Shown here piece after piece: positions 37,071 through 46,833 of a DNA stretch of 64,000 nt. Positions within the stretch are counted from its first letter, which is position 1. Each line of letters begins with the position of its first letter. Below the pieces are notes generated by a model. It was not told where the DNA came from. It saw only the letters and a program-made list of their open reading frames with translations, and made no database searches. The translations under genes were made by a program, and so were the position numbers. The stretch is taken from positions 18,020-82,019 of the forward strand of contig JACRNX010000031.1 of the NCBI GenBank assembly GCA_016214755.1, read 5' to 3'. The stretch is from Candidatus Falkowbacteria bacterium. Lineage in GTDB: Bacteria; Patescibacteriota; Patescibacteriia; UBA11705; JABHMO01.

Positions 37071-38971
37071 AAAGAATTTTTTCCTGCCTCTATCCGCAAG
37101 CCGAACCTTTTTTTAAAAACGTCCCGTTGCTTATAAGTGTCATCAACTTCCTGCAATGAGTGATACAGGCGAAACAAATACAGGTCATCAACATTATTAA
37201 ATTGAATCATCGGCGCGTTATAGCCTTCGCTTTTGTCTGAATATATTTTTATAAATTTATTTTTATCGCCGATTTCCATCCACTGCTCTGTCGCACCTGA
37301 ACAATGGCTGGACGTAATTAAGCTATTGGTTAAATTGTGGTGGTTTATTTCGCTTCTATTTATTTTGAATGTTTCAGCTCCGCCGCCGTTATTTGTTTTG
37401 TAATATAACGAACTTATGTCAAAACTTGTCGGAATAACTGTAATAATTCCCGAACGGATTGAACAGGGCTGATCGATAGTCAAATCAAAATCATAAATTA
37501 ATTCGATCATTGGCTCTTCCGAAGATATTCTGATTTCTTTTTTAATCCGGCCGAGCCGTGTCTTTATATCCGCTTGGATTGAATAATAGTTTATCCCGTT
37601 TATTTTAATTTGATTTGCTGTGGGAAAAATAATTTCCAAATCAGTAATCTTAGACGAGCCGAGTGGTTCAATTATCGTTCCGGCGCTGAAAAAATCCGCG
37701 GCGTATGAAATATCGTCGAAGTAGCCATGTTCTATTGTTCCAAATAGCGGTTCCTCGCTAATTTGTTTATAAATAATTTTTTCAATCGCCAGCCCCTTTC
37801 TCGCGTTCATAATCAGTTTAATAAAATCATTTTCAAATTCTAATCTGAACTTATTACGCGATAGGCGCGCGGAATTATCTTCAACGGGAATATATTTGGC
37901 GTTTTCAACTTTCGGCGTAAAAATATTTGCTGTTTTGTCCAGTTCTTCGTTAAATTGGTTCCAACGTCCTTCCTCTATGTGAGTTCTAAAATCGCTGCTC
38001 CAAAGCCAACATAATTTTCTCCAATATTCAGTGTCAACACTGTTCTTTTGCCGCAAATAATTATAAATTTTATAACATCGAGCGTTTATGTCAGCGTCAT
38101 TTCTGCCGCTTACCGCCCAGCGCGTGATATTATATTTGTCTTGTTTTTTAACCGGAATGGGAATACTTGCTGATTCTAGCGACAGGACATTATCGGCATT
38201 TAGATTTATACTCTTTTGCAAGACATCTGACGGCAGAACTAGATTAAAATTTTTAACAGAAAGAATTTGATTGAATAATTGGCTGATTCTATTCCATTCG
38301 CCGTCAGTGTGAATATTTAACTCTGTCATATATCTTCCCGGACGGAAATCAAATATCTCCGCGTCATTGCAGTACAAAGAGAAAAATCTATCTTCATCAC
38401 CCACGTTGCTTGTCAGATATTGAATATATTGGTCAAGCTCGATGTCTCCGTGCGCGTATCTTTGAAATTTTTGAAAAGCAATGCAATTATTCCAAATAAC
38501 GAGCATTGATTGTCCGGATTGATTCATTGCTCTCTGCGGATAATAGCGCCAATTTTTATCCCATTCTTTATGATTGCTATACGGATTATTCCACTCCATC
38601 ACAATCGCCTGATATCCTGTTTTAATATAATGCTCAATTAATCCGCTTGAATACGCCTGTTCGTTAACCAGCGCTGGTGCCGGAACAAGCGGCGCGATTA
38701 CCTGGGAATACCCGCTGCCAATAATTTCAACTAATCCCAAATTAACTAATTTTTTTATTTTTTCAACCAAAGTCGGCGCCAAGTTTAATAATAATTCCAA
38801 TGTTATACCGGAAAATTCGATCCCTGTCGGAATCTTGCTTTCTTCACAAAGATTGACCAGCGGCCAATAACAATTTTCAATAATCTTAATTCTGTCCTGC
38901 TCGGCAATTGACGAATACATTAAGTTCAGATGAAAAATTGTGTATAAATTTAAACGACTCATAAAGTTCAT
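37067..38971 (-). CDS. glycoside hydrolase family 57-like domain protein
   Basis: N-terminal IFHLNLMYSS...EFSGITLELL...GLVEIIGSGYSQVIAPLVP mirrors the GH57 pattern (HNHQP...HFSGPLLEW...GQLEIV..FYEPIL). The canonical HQP is replaced by LNL here. 634 aa. Confidence 0.45.
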   Translation of the reverse strand: MNFMSRLNLYTIFHLNLMYSSIAEQDRIKIIENCYWPLVNLCEESKIPTGIEFSGITLELLLNLAPTLVEKIKKLVNLGLVEIIGSGYSQVIAPLVPAPALVNEQAYSSGLIEHYIKTGYQAIVMEWNNPYSNHKEWDKNWRYYPQRAMNQSGQSMLVIWNNCIAFQKFQRYAHGDIELDQYIQYLTSNVGDEDRFFSLYCNDAEIFDFRPGRYMTELNIHTDGEWNRISQLFNQILSVKNFNLVLPSDVLQKSINLNADNVLSLESASIPIPVKKQDKYNITRWAVSGRNDADINARCYKIYNYLRQKNSVDTEYWRKLCWLWSSDFRTHIEEGRWNQFNEELDKTANIFTPKVENAKYIPVEDNSARLSRNKFRLEFENDFIKLIMNARKGLAIEKIIYKQISEEPLFGTIEHGYFDDISYAADFFSAGTIIEPLGSSKITDLEIIFPTANQIKINGINYYSIQADIKTRLGRIKKEIRISSEEPMIELIYDFDLTIDQPCSIRSGIITVIPTSFDISSLYYKTNNGGGAETFKINRSEINHHNLTNSLITSSHCSGATEQWMEIGDKNKFIKIYSDKSEGYNAPMIQFNNVDDLYLFRLYHSLQEVDDTYKQRDVFKKRFGLRIEAGKNSL

Positions 38972-40254
38972 TTGCTTGAATATTCAATCGGAGCGGCTGA
39001 AAAATATTTTCCGTTGATTTTAAATCGTATCGTGCTATAAATCTTGTCTACCAACGCTTGCGCCGCTTCACGATTCGCGCTAACGACGACAATCACGCCA
39101 GCGCGTTGGCCATGATTTTGAATCACCGGGATGTTGTCGCCAACTTTGTAAAAAAAATTCATTTTTACCACCTCCGGCATTTTTTCAATTTCCTCAACAC
39201 CAACGATTCCCTCCAACGCGCCGGCCGGAGGGAAAAAGTAACGGTTGGCCACTGCTAAATTTTTTGTTGGTTTTAATTTCTCAAAATCAACCGGTTCATC
39301 AAGCGCTATTCGCAATGCGGCTTCAACGTAATTTACGCCCGTGCCCAGCGGCACTAAACTTTCGCAAAAATCGCCGCCGCTAAGGCGCGCCGCCATTTCA
39401 ATCATCATCGGCCCTCGCGATGGATGCAGAACTACATCGCCCTTGGATACTCCTTTAACTATGCCAAACGCTCGAGCGGCTTTTTCCACTAAATCGTTCA
39501 CTTCGGCCCGCGCGCTGCTATTTAAAACGGTCGGCACCCAGCCGCCATTTTCCATAATTTGCGGCCAAAATGCTTGCATATTTTCATAAACCCTGTCGGC
39601 AAAACCCGGCGTGACGCATTTGTCTTTCGTTAAAATTGATTCTGTGCTGATTTGCAATCCGTCAAGATATTCTTCTAATTGCACTTGGCCGATTTTGGAA
39701 TTGCTTAGCGCGTATTGAAACGCTTCTTCAACTTCTTCCTGTTTTTCAATTAAGCGCACGCCGCGCGATCCCGCGCGATCAGTCGGTTTTATGATAACTT
39801 TTTTACAATTCCATTTTTGCCAGCGGTCTTTAATTTCTTGCGCTGAATTTACTAAACTAAATTGGGGAATCGGTATTCCTTTGTCGCGGAAGCGGCATTT
39901 CATTTCATATTTGTTAGTCGCAATCCGCCCCGTCTCTTCGCTCGGACCAACCCAATTAAATGCTTTCGCGATTTTCGCGATAATATGAGGAACGTCGCTT
40001 CCCATCGTCGTCACGCCGCAAACGTTGACCCCTTTATTTTTTAAATCATTGACAAATTCAATAACCTTAGGAATATCGCTAAAATTTATCGGCGCGCTGT
40101 AAGTGGCTAATTTTAAACCTGGCGCGTCGGGATTCGCGTCCAACACCGCTGTTTCGACGCCTAATTCATGCGCTGTTTTGATGATAAACAATTGATCATT
40201 GCTCGCTCCCAGCAATAAAACGCATTTGGGTTTGTTTAAAATAACTCCTGCCAT
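38968..40254 (-). CDS. ATP-grasp domain ligase (carboxylate-amine ligase-like)
   Basis: N-terminal pre-ATP-grasp Rossmann (VLLLGASNDQLFIIKTA). The central region has K/E-rich ATP-binding motifs (KVIIKPTDRAGSRGV). 428 aa. Confidence 0.6.
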   Translation of the reverse strand: MAGVILNKPKCVLLLGASNDQLFIIKTAHELGVETAVLDANPDAPGLKLATYSAPINFSDIPKVIEFVNDLKNKGVNVCGVTTMGSDVPHIIAKIAKAFNWVGPSEETGRIATNKYEMKCRFRDKGIPIPQFSLVNSAQEIKDRWQKWNCKKVIIKPTDRAGSRGVRLIEKQEEVEEAFQYALSNSKIGQVQLEEYLDGLQISTESILTKDKCVTPGFADRVYENMQAFWPQIMENGGWVPTVLNSSARAEVNDLVEKAARAFGIVKGVSKGDVVLHPSRGPMMIEMAARLSGGDFCESLVPLGTGVNYVEAALRIALDEPVDFEKLKPTKNLAVANRYFFPPAGALEGIVGVEEIEKMPEVVKMNFFYKVGDNIPVIQNHGQRAGVIVVVSANREAAQALVDKIYSTIRFKINGKYFSAAPIEYSSK

Positions 40255-42059
40255 ATTGATCTTATTTTGTTTAATGATGATTCAGCGTCAATTTTAGTAT
40301 AAAAACTTAAATAAGTTTTCGGACCAGGTTTGACAAATGCGTCAGGAATGGCAATCCTTATCAGCTTGCACGGATAATTATTGTCGCAAATCATTTCACT
40401 TATTATTGAACCGAATCCAGCGTCAATAACATTTTCTTCCATTGTAATGACATATTTTGTTTTTTGAAAAATGTTTCGCAAACTATTTTCCGGTATTGGT
40501 TTTAACCAACGGATATTAATTATGCCGAAGTTTAAATTATGAATTGCCAGCATTTTTTTTAATTCTATGGCAGTTTCCAAGCGGTTGCCAACTGCTAAAA
40601 TATAACCGACATCTCCTGGACAAATTTCTTGTAAGTCGTTTATATCCAGATTATTTGGACGATATTCATTTTCGCTTGCTGGAATATTTTCATACGGATA
40701 AAAAATAATCATCGGCCCTTGCGGATTTGTCGCTCGTTTTTCAAGAATATATTCCAAATCAAAGCTATGCCCAGGATAGAACATTTTTAAATTTGGAACG
40801 CACCTTAAATATGAAATATCATAAATACCATGGTGAGTGTGGCTGTCCAAACCGGCGAAACCCGACCGCGCCGCCAGAATGGTGACTGGCAGATTCATAA
40901 AACAAATATCATGGATAATTTGGTCAAAAGCTCTCTGCATGAAAGTTGATTGATAGCATACGAAAGGTTTGGCGCCGCTTAGCGCTAAACCGCAAGCCAT
41001 GCCGATGGCGTGCTGTTCGGCCATGCCAACGTCAATGGTTCGTTCAGAAAAATCGGCTAAGCAATTATCCAGGCCAGAAGCATAAGGCGTTGAAGGCGTT
41101 ATGACGATAATATCTTTATCTTGCCGCATCAATTTGCGCAGTTGGTCTGCCGCGACCGTCGCGTAGGTTTTTCCCGCTGGCACGGGCGAGCTGCCCTCAC
41201 CAGTCGCGGGATTAAAAGGCATAGAAAAATGCATTTTATATTTATGATTTTTGGCGATGGCCAATCCTTTTCCTTTTTCGGTTTTAACGTGAACCATGAC
41301 ACAGCCATTTTGAGACATGTCGGACGCTTGTTTAAAAGAAATTATTAAATCGCCAATATTATGGCCGTCGGGCACGGCAATATATTGATGGCCTAATCCT
41401 TCAAAATACGCGCGTGATTTTTCATGCCAGTCATCGCCTGAAAATAAATTCTTTATCCCGCCGACATTAGGCGGAATAGCCATGCCATTATCATTGATAA
41501 CCACAATCATCGACAGTTTGTCAGCTACCGTAAAATTTAGTCCTTCGGCTGACATGCCCTCGACTAATGCGCCGTCGCCGACTATCACCACTACCAGCTC
41601 CTTTTTTTGTTTTATCTTATTATTTAAAGCCATTCCGCTGGCGATTGATATGGCGGTACCGGCGTGCGAGGCGTCAATAATGTCATACTCGCTTTCTTCG
41701 CGGCAGAGAAAGCGCGACAAGCCGCCAGTTTGATTCAATGTTTTAAAAAGCTCCAGGCGGCCAGTTAACAATTTTTGAGTATATCCTTGATGCCCGGTGT
41801 CAAAAATAATTTTATCTTTTGGCGCGTCAAAAACATAATGCAAAGCAACGGTTAATTCGATTACGCCCAAATTCGCCCCGATATGGCCGCCGGTTTTAGA
41901 AATCGTTTCAATGAGAAAACAGCGAATCTCTCCGCAAAGCGCGATAAGTTCGTCAATCGCTAATTTTTTTAAATCAGCTGGATTTTGAATTTTTTCTAGA
42001 ATTGAATACATAAATAATCGCTTCAAATTTTTAGCCAAAATACATTCCTCCATTAACAT
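40236..42059 (-). CDS. 1-deoxy-D-xylulose-5-phosphate synthase-like thiamine-diphosphate-dependent enzyme (DXS/transketolase family)
   Basis: GGHIGANLGVIELTVALHYVFDAPKDKIIFDTGHQGYTQKLLTGR matches the DXS N-terminal signature almost residue for residue. ThDP-binding GDGAL...NDN motif present. ASHAGTAISIASGMA present. 607 aa. Confidence 0.8.
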   Translation of the reverse strand: MLMEECILAKNLKRLFMYSILEKIQNPADLKKLAIDELIALCGEIRCFLIETISKTGGHIGANLGVIELTVALHYVFDAPKDKIIFDTGHQGYTQKLLTGRLELFKTLNQTGGLSRFLCREESEYDIIDASHAGTAISIASGMALNNKIKQKKELVVVIVGDGALVEGMSAEGLNFTVADKLSMIVVINDNGMAIPPNVGGIKNLFSGDDWHEKSRAYFEGLGHQYIAVPDGHNIGDLIISFKQASDMSQNGCVMVHVKTEKGKGLAIAKNHKYKMHFSMPFNPATGEGSSPVPAGKTYATVAADQLRKLMRQDKDIIVITPSTPYASGLDNCLADFSERTIDVGMAEQHAIGMACGLALSGAKPFVCYQSTFMQRAFDQIIHDICFMNLPVTILAARSGFAGLDSHTHHGIYDISYLRCVPNLKMFYPGHSFDLEYILEKRATNPQGPMIIFYPYENIPASENEYRPNNLDINDLQEICPGDVGYILAVGNRLETAIELKKMLAIHNLNFGIINIRWLKPIPENSLRNIFQKTKYVITMEENVIDAGFGSIISEMICDNNYPCKLIRIAIPDAFVKPGPKTYLSFYTKIDAESSLNKIRSIWQELF

Positions 42060-42801
42060 TCAAAGTGTGTCCCGTGATAAAAGAAGCGTCGTCAGAAAGT
42101 AAAAATAACACAGCATCCGCCACTTCCTCCGGTCTGCCCATTCTACCTAACGGAATTTTTGTTTTAGCTTCCAGTTTCAATTCTTCAATCCTTTTATCAT
42201 TGAAAATTGGTGTTTCAATCCAGCCGGGCGCCACCGCGTTAGAGCGAACGCCTTGTTTGCTGGCGATCCGAGCGAGTGAACGCGTCAGACTAATAAGTGC
42301 GGCTTTGCTGGCTGCGTAATCTGACGCCAAATCGCCGCCAGTTTGTCCGCCAACGGACGAAATATTAACAATCGCATCGCCGAATTGCATTTTTGGCAAG
42401 CATTCTTGCGCCAAAATGAAAGCGCTTTTTAAATTCACCGCCAAAGTGCGATCCCATTGTTCATCCGACAGCTCAAAAAAATTACCTTGCTTTAATATGC
42501 CGGCGTTGTTGATCAAATAAGCCACCTGTTGATGCCATTTATCTTCAATCGCGCGCAACAATTCCCGAACCTGTCCGCGCGAGGAAATGTCTTTTTGCAA
42601 AATCAAAAAATCAAATAGCCCTTGTTCTTTAAGCGACTGCTCCATGTCTTTAGCCGCGAACGTGTCTTGGTTAAAACAAACAACCACTTTGGCGTTGTTT
42701 TTTAAAAGCGCGATGGCGATGGCGCGGCCGATTCCCTTGATGCCGCCGGTAACCAAGGCCACTTTGGCATTGAAATTATATTGTTTCATAGTTTTTATCA
42801 A
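42031..42801 (-). CDS. short-chain dehydrogenase/reductase (FabG-like ketoreductase)
   Basis: KVALVTGGIKGIGRAIA glycine motif, NNAG, and the YAASKAAL catalytic motif. Confidence 0.85.
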   Translation of the reverse strand: MIKTMKQYNFNAKVALVTGGIKGIGRAIAIALLKNNAKVVVCFNQDTFAAKDMEQSLKEQGLFDFLILQKDISSRGQVRELLRAIEDKWHQQVAYLINNAGILKQGNFFELSDEQWDRTLAVNLKSAFILAQECLPKMQFGDAIVNISSVGGQTGGDLASDYAASKAALISLTRSLARIASKQGVRSNAVAPGWIETPIFNDKRIEELKLEAKTKIPLGRMGRPEEVADAVLFLLSDDASFITGHTLNVNGGMYFG

Positions 42802-43957
42802 TGTTCAAAATTTTATCTGTTTGTTCTCGGCTGGCACCGTACGCCCAGGCCAAACCGGCGATCTCATCGTTGTTTTTGACAATAGAGTTCTTTTGTTCAT
42901 TATTTTTAACGAATACGCCTTCTACCGCGGCGCTTTTTAATCCGAGTAGTTCAGCCGGATTAAAAATCGTTTTCCAAGCGCCGACTTTTTCGGCTGAATA
43001 AATTTTATATTCGGCATTTGACATGTCGGCACTCACCCATTTGAAAAACTGACGCAGCGGATTAAATTCTCCGAGAAACCCCATTGTACGAACAGTAAAA
43101 ATATCACCGTGAAACCGATTAGTAATTTCATAAACGTAACATTCATTGTCGCGAATGACACAATCGGCCTTGACCGGCCCGTGCGTAATGCCTATGGCGC
43201 GCGCGCCTTGTTCAAGCAGATTATACAACGTCTGCCAGACCGCCAGCGCTAATTGCGAGGGAAAATAACCGTGATGCGGCACAAAGTATGGGAGTTGTGT
43301 AAAAAATCTGTCTCCGATGCCAGCGGGGAAAAATTTTCCCTGCCAAAAAATTCCGTTTACATCATGATGCGTGCCGCGAATATATTGTTCAACGATAACT
43401 TTTCCGTCTCTGGCATAATTGCTAGCTTGATTGAATGCCGCCTCAATTTCAAACGACTCTTTTGCCAACCCGACGCCTTGACTGCCTGAAGCGGCCGTCG
43501 GCTTGATAATGATCGGCCAACCAAAATTGACAGCAAACTTTCTGGCCTCATCTGGTTTTTGGATCACGGCCGAACGCGGACAATTGATTTTATCTAACCA
43601 TCTCTGCTTCATGAGTGCCTTATCAAGACTGCCAAGCACAGCTTCAATTGGTGAATGAAGCAAACCGAGCGCGTCAGATACGATAGCCGCTGTCAACAAG
43701 CCAAAATCACTACCGCAATGGCAGAGGCGGATATTATATTTGACATTATTTTGCAATGCCCAAGTGGTTATTCCACGAACATTCGTCGCATCAAAACTTA
43801 ACGTCAAATCAGCTTTTGCTTTACCGGGCGCATCCGCTTTTTTATCGCTGACAATAACGTGAAAACCAAGTTGTTTGGCCCAGTCAATCGCGGGCATTCC
43901 CAATTCCCCGCCGCCTAAAAACAAAATTGATTTTATGTTTTGCATGCTGATAGCCAA
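42776..43957 (-). CDS. ATP-grasp domain ligase (second paralogue)
   Basis: ILFLGGGELGMPAIDWAKQLGFHVIVSD pre-ATP-grasp domain; 393 aa. Confidence 0.6.
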   Translation of the reverse strand: MAISMQNIKSILFLGGGELGMPAIDWAKQLGFHVIVSDKKADAPGKAKADLTLSFDATNVRGITTWALQNNVKYNIRLCHCGSDFGLLTAAIVSDALGLLHSPIEAVLGSLDKALMKQRWLDKINCPRSAVIQKPDEARKFAVNFGWPIIIKPTAASGSQGVGLAKESFEIEAAFNQASNYARDGKVIVEQYIRGTHHDVNGIFWQGKFFPAGIGDRFFTQLPYFVPHHGYFPSQLALAVWQTLYNLLEQGARAIGITHGPVKADCVIRDNECYVYEITNRFHGDIFTVRTMGFLGEFNPLRQFFKWVSADMSNAEYKIYSAEKVGAWKTIFNPAELLGLKSAAVEGVFVKNNEQKNSIVKNNDEIAGLAWAYGASREQTDKILNIDKNYETI

Positions 43958-45066
43958 TGTTTGTGTAATGGATTTATCTTCAATCTTTGTTTGGCGATGA
44001 ACTTCTCCGCCGCGCGCAGATTAGCCGTGACCGTGGCGCGTTGAAAAATTTTATTTTTGGGTTGAGCGTAAATCAAAGTTGTTGGTTTGAATTTCAACGC
44101 GGTTCGTCTCAGCCTACCTTCAACGGCAAAATCAACAGCCAACTGGAAAAAATTAAATTGCGTATTTGCTTTTGGCCAGAGAACATCGGCGATCAAATCG
44201 CCGCCTAAGTCGGAGTGCAATTCAATAATATATGGTCGGCCGTCTTGATTAACGCGAAACGATAAAATTAAAATGGCGGACAGGCACGGGAATAATTTTC
44301 CAAATCGCTCGACGATTTCTATTATATCTTGCTTGACCTTAGTCTTCTCAATTATTGAAGGCACACTGACGCCAACGCCCTTGATTAAATCGTCACGAGT
44401 TACTCCCACCAGCTCATCGCAAAAACCAATGATTCGCACGCGCCCTTTTCGTACGGTAAAAAAGCAAGAAACATCAAAGCCCTCAATGTATTCTTCTATC
44501 TCAACGAAATGATTGCCAGATGCCTTTGCCGCGGCGGTAAAAGCGGCGGCTAATTGAGTTTGATTGTAAACAATCTTAACTGACTTTTTACCGACCACTG
44601 GAAAGTCCGGTTTGACGATTAACGGAAACTTTAAGGTCGTCAGATGTTCGGGATATCGTTTTGTCCTTATGTTACCGGGCATGCGCAGGCCATGCCGGCG
44701 ACAAAATATTTTCAACTTCGATTTTTCCGTGGCGAGCGGGACTATTTCCGGCGACAGGCCAACCAATTTGTATTGTTTTGCGATCCGCGCGGCTGTTTTC
44801 AAAGCAAAACCAGAGGTGCGTGCGCTCAAACCGACAAGCTGATATTTTTTCCGTAATTTTTCCAATTCTTTAATTATGCCAACGGCGTCGCGAGTGCTTT
44901 TGACGATTTTCTCAGAGGCAAAAGCGAATCCTTGCGCTTCAGGATTGCGATCAATGGCGATAACTTTATATTTCTTCGCGGCTGTTTTGACAAAAGGCAA
45001 CTGTCCGCGCCCGGCGCCAAGACAAATTATTGTTTTAGGCAATTTTTTAGTATCCGACATTCTCAT
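43933..45066 (-). CDS. ATP-grasp domain ligase (third paralogue)
   Basis: IICLGAGRGQLPFVKTAAKKYKVIAIDRN pre-ATP-grasp domain; 377 aa. Confidence 0.55.
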   Translation of the reverse strand: MRMSDTKKLPKTIICLGAGRGQLPFVKTAAKKYKVIAIDRNPEAQGFAFASEKIVKSTRDAVGIIKELEKLRKKYQLVGLSARTSGFALKTAARIAKQYKLVGLSPEIVPLATEKSKLKIFCRRHGLRMPGNIRTKRYPEHLTTLKFPLIVKPDFPVVGKKSVKIVYNQTQLAAAFTAAAKASGNHFVEIEEYIEGFDVSCFFTVRKGRVRIIGFCDELVGVTRDDLIKGVGVSVPSIIEKTKVKQDIIEIVERFGKLFPCLSAILILSFRVNQDGRPYIIELHSDLGGDLIADVLWPKANTQFNFFQLAVDFAVEGRLRRTALKFKPTTLIYAQPKNKIFQRATVTANLRAAEKFIAKQRLKINPLHKHWLSACKT

Positions 45067-46285
45067 AAATTGAAATTATTCTATCTTGCGCAACGCCTAA
45101 ATTGATTAAGGTTTTTCGCATGTCATTTTCAAACGATTGAGACGAAAGTAAAATTTTTCCGAACTCTAAACTTGATATTTGCGCTGGCGAATACACGAGA
45201 TAGCCCATTCTTTTTTTGCCATGATAATATGAATTTTTATCAATTAAGCCGCAAATAACATTTTCAAAATCAATCTGACATAACAATTCCTGCGTGTGGC
45301 AACCAGCGCCGAATATAATTAACTTTTTGCCTTTTCGTTTAAGTTCCGCCACTTCTTTTTCAATCAACAAAATTATTTTTCCCCTGACATCGTTGTTTTT
45401 TCTAAATTGACGACCGATTAACTCATTGACTTTAGATTTTGCGGAAATTATGTCTAACTTTACAGAATCATCGCCTGTTCTTTTCGGGCGGATTAAGCAG
45501 GTCAGCCATTTGCCATAATCATACCTCAGAAGATGAAAACCGGATTGATCAATTAACCAATTAAAATTTTCTAATAGATAATTGCTGGGATGGCCGGCGA
45601 ACATATCAACGAAGCCAGTTGGCGTTAAAAGAATATTGGGAATGGCAATATAGATTTGGCCATCCATTGTTAATATCTGCTTTAATCTGTTTAACTCCTC
45701 GCGCGGAAAGTCAAAATGTTCAAAAACATTATCAAGAATTATAAAATCGTATTTTCTTGACAAATCCAATTGGTCAAAGCGAATATTTTCAAATTCAAAA
45801 TAATTGTTTCCAGACAACGCTCTACCAAGCGGAAGCGAAGGGTCAATTCCTTTGGCTTGTTTAATTTTATCATGATAACAGACACAAATTTCTTTTAACA
45901 TCTTGCCGTTGCCGCAGCCTATTTCTAAAACAGAAATCGGTTCTTGCGATTCAGAAAAAAATTCATTCGCCAATTTGATAAAGGCGTTAAAATGCTGCGC
46001 CGCGCGGGCATCATTTTCTTCGGCGGATGTCTCGGCGGCGTCTATCATCGCCGAGCGATATAATTCATTAAACTGCTCGGAATCTGGATTCGGATTTTTG
46101 TAAATATGCGCGCAATCATCGCAAACAACATAATGCAGTGGCGCGCGATAAATTTCCCCGTTCGCGTCAATATATTTATAGTCAGAGTTAGAATAAAGAG
46201 ATTTAGATTTTAATGAATCGCAAACCGGGCAGTTTCGCTGGTTCATTGTGAATGTGATTTCATTATTTAATACTCTATTACTCAT
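45047..46285 (-). CDS. NDP-hexose C-methyltransferase-like (TylCIII-type three-domain architecture: Zn-ribbon + class I MTase + C-terminal domain)
   Basis: CPVCDS...CDDCAHIY zinc ribbon, VLEIGCGNGKMLKEI motif I, and a C-terminal LIIFGAGCHTQELL Rossmann-like domain. 412 aa, matching the size and organisation of sugar C-3 methyltransferases. Confidence 0.55.
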   Translation of the reverse strand: MSNRVLNNEITFTMNQRNCPVCDSLKSKSLYSNSDYKYIDANGEIYRAPLHYVVCDDCAHIYKNPNPDSEQFNELYRSAMIDAAETSAEENDARAAQHFNAFIKLANEFFSESQEPISVLEIGCGNGKMLKEICVCYHDKIKQAKGIDPSLPLGRALSGNNYFEFENIRFDQLDLSRKYDFIILDNVFEHFDFPREELNRLKQILTMDGQIYIAIPNILLTPTGFVDMFAGHPSNYLLENFNWLIDQSGFHLLRYDYGKWLTCLIRPKRTGDDSVKLDIISAKSKVNELIGRQFRKNNDVRGKIILLIEKEVAELKRKGKKLIIFGAGCHTQELLCQIDFENVICGLIDKNSYYHGKKRMGYLVYSPAQISSLEFGKILLSSQSFENDMRKTLINLGVAQDRIISIYENVGY

Positions 46286-46833
46286 ATTTGATCTTTCACT
46301 CGGATGTCTTCAAGGCCGCATTTCCACGGCTGGCCAGCGGTTTGTTTGATTTTAAATATTTTTTCAGTCGCGAATAAATATACAAATGCGCACAAAACAA
46401 GCGGCAATAAAGTTAAAAATAATGGGAGTGCTAATGCTTGTACGAGACCGATTTTAAACAAATAAAATTTGCTAATACGCTTCAGTTTCCAATCAATCGT
46501 GCAATGAAGCCAATTTTTTATGCCGAAGAATGTTAATAATAAAATTACGTTTTCAAATCCATTAATGTCAAATTGTTTATGCGGAATAATGGCGCTGTCA
46601 TAATGTTGACGTCGTATTTCCAAAATTGTCTTAATACTGATATTGCCAAAGCCGTAATCATCCTTTTCCTTGGTGCAATAAATCCGGCGGATGTTCTTTT
46701 GCGCCTGCAAAAAAGATGTTTGTTTTTTATTGTCCAACAAACAGATATCTGCTTGCGGAAATTCATTCGGCAAACTGCGCAAAAGTAGACCAAGTAAATC
46801 GCATTGAATTGTTCGAATAATCAAAATTTTCAT
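46282..46833 (-). CDS. GT9 (heptosyltransferase)-like N-terminal domain protein, truncated
   Basis: MKILIIRTIQCDLLGLLLRSLPNEFPQADICLL resembles the MKILIIRxxxxGDxxLxxP...FPxAxIdxL start of ADP-heptose:LPS heptosyltransferases. Only 183 aa with a hydrophobic C-terminus. Confidence 0.35.
   Translation of the reverse strand: MKILIIRTIQCDLLGLLLRSLPNEFPQADICLLDNKKQTSFLQAQKNIRRIYCTKEKDDYGFGNISIKTILEIRRQHYDSAIIPHKQFDINGFENVILLLTFFGIKNWLHCTIDWKLKRISKFYLFKIGLVQALALPLFLTLLPLVLCAFVYLFATEKIFKIKQTAGQPWKCGLEDIRVKDQI

Noticed and set aside
40236-42059. Annotating the DXS-like gene simply as housekeeping dxs
   Set aside because: Its position is inside a glycan-tailoring operon, bracketed by ATP-grasp ligases and a ketoreductase, and translationally coupled to both. 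That argues for a specialised role. A housekeeping role cannot be excluded without the rest of the genome, so no gene symbol was assigned.
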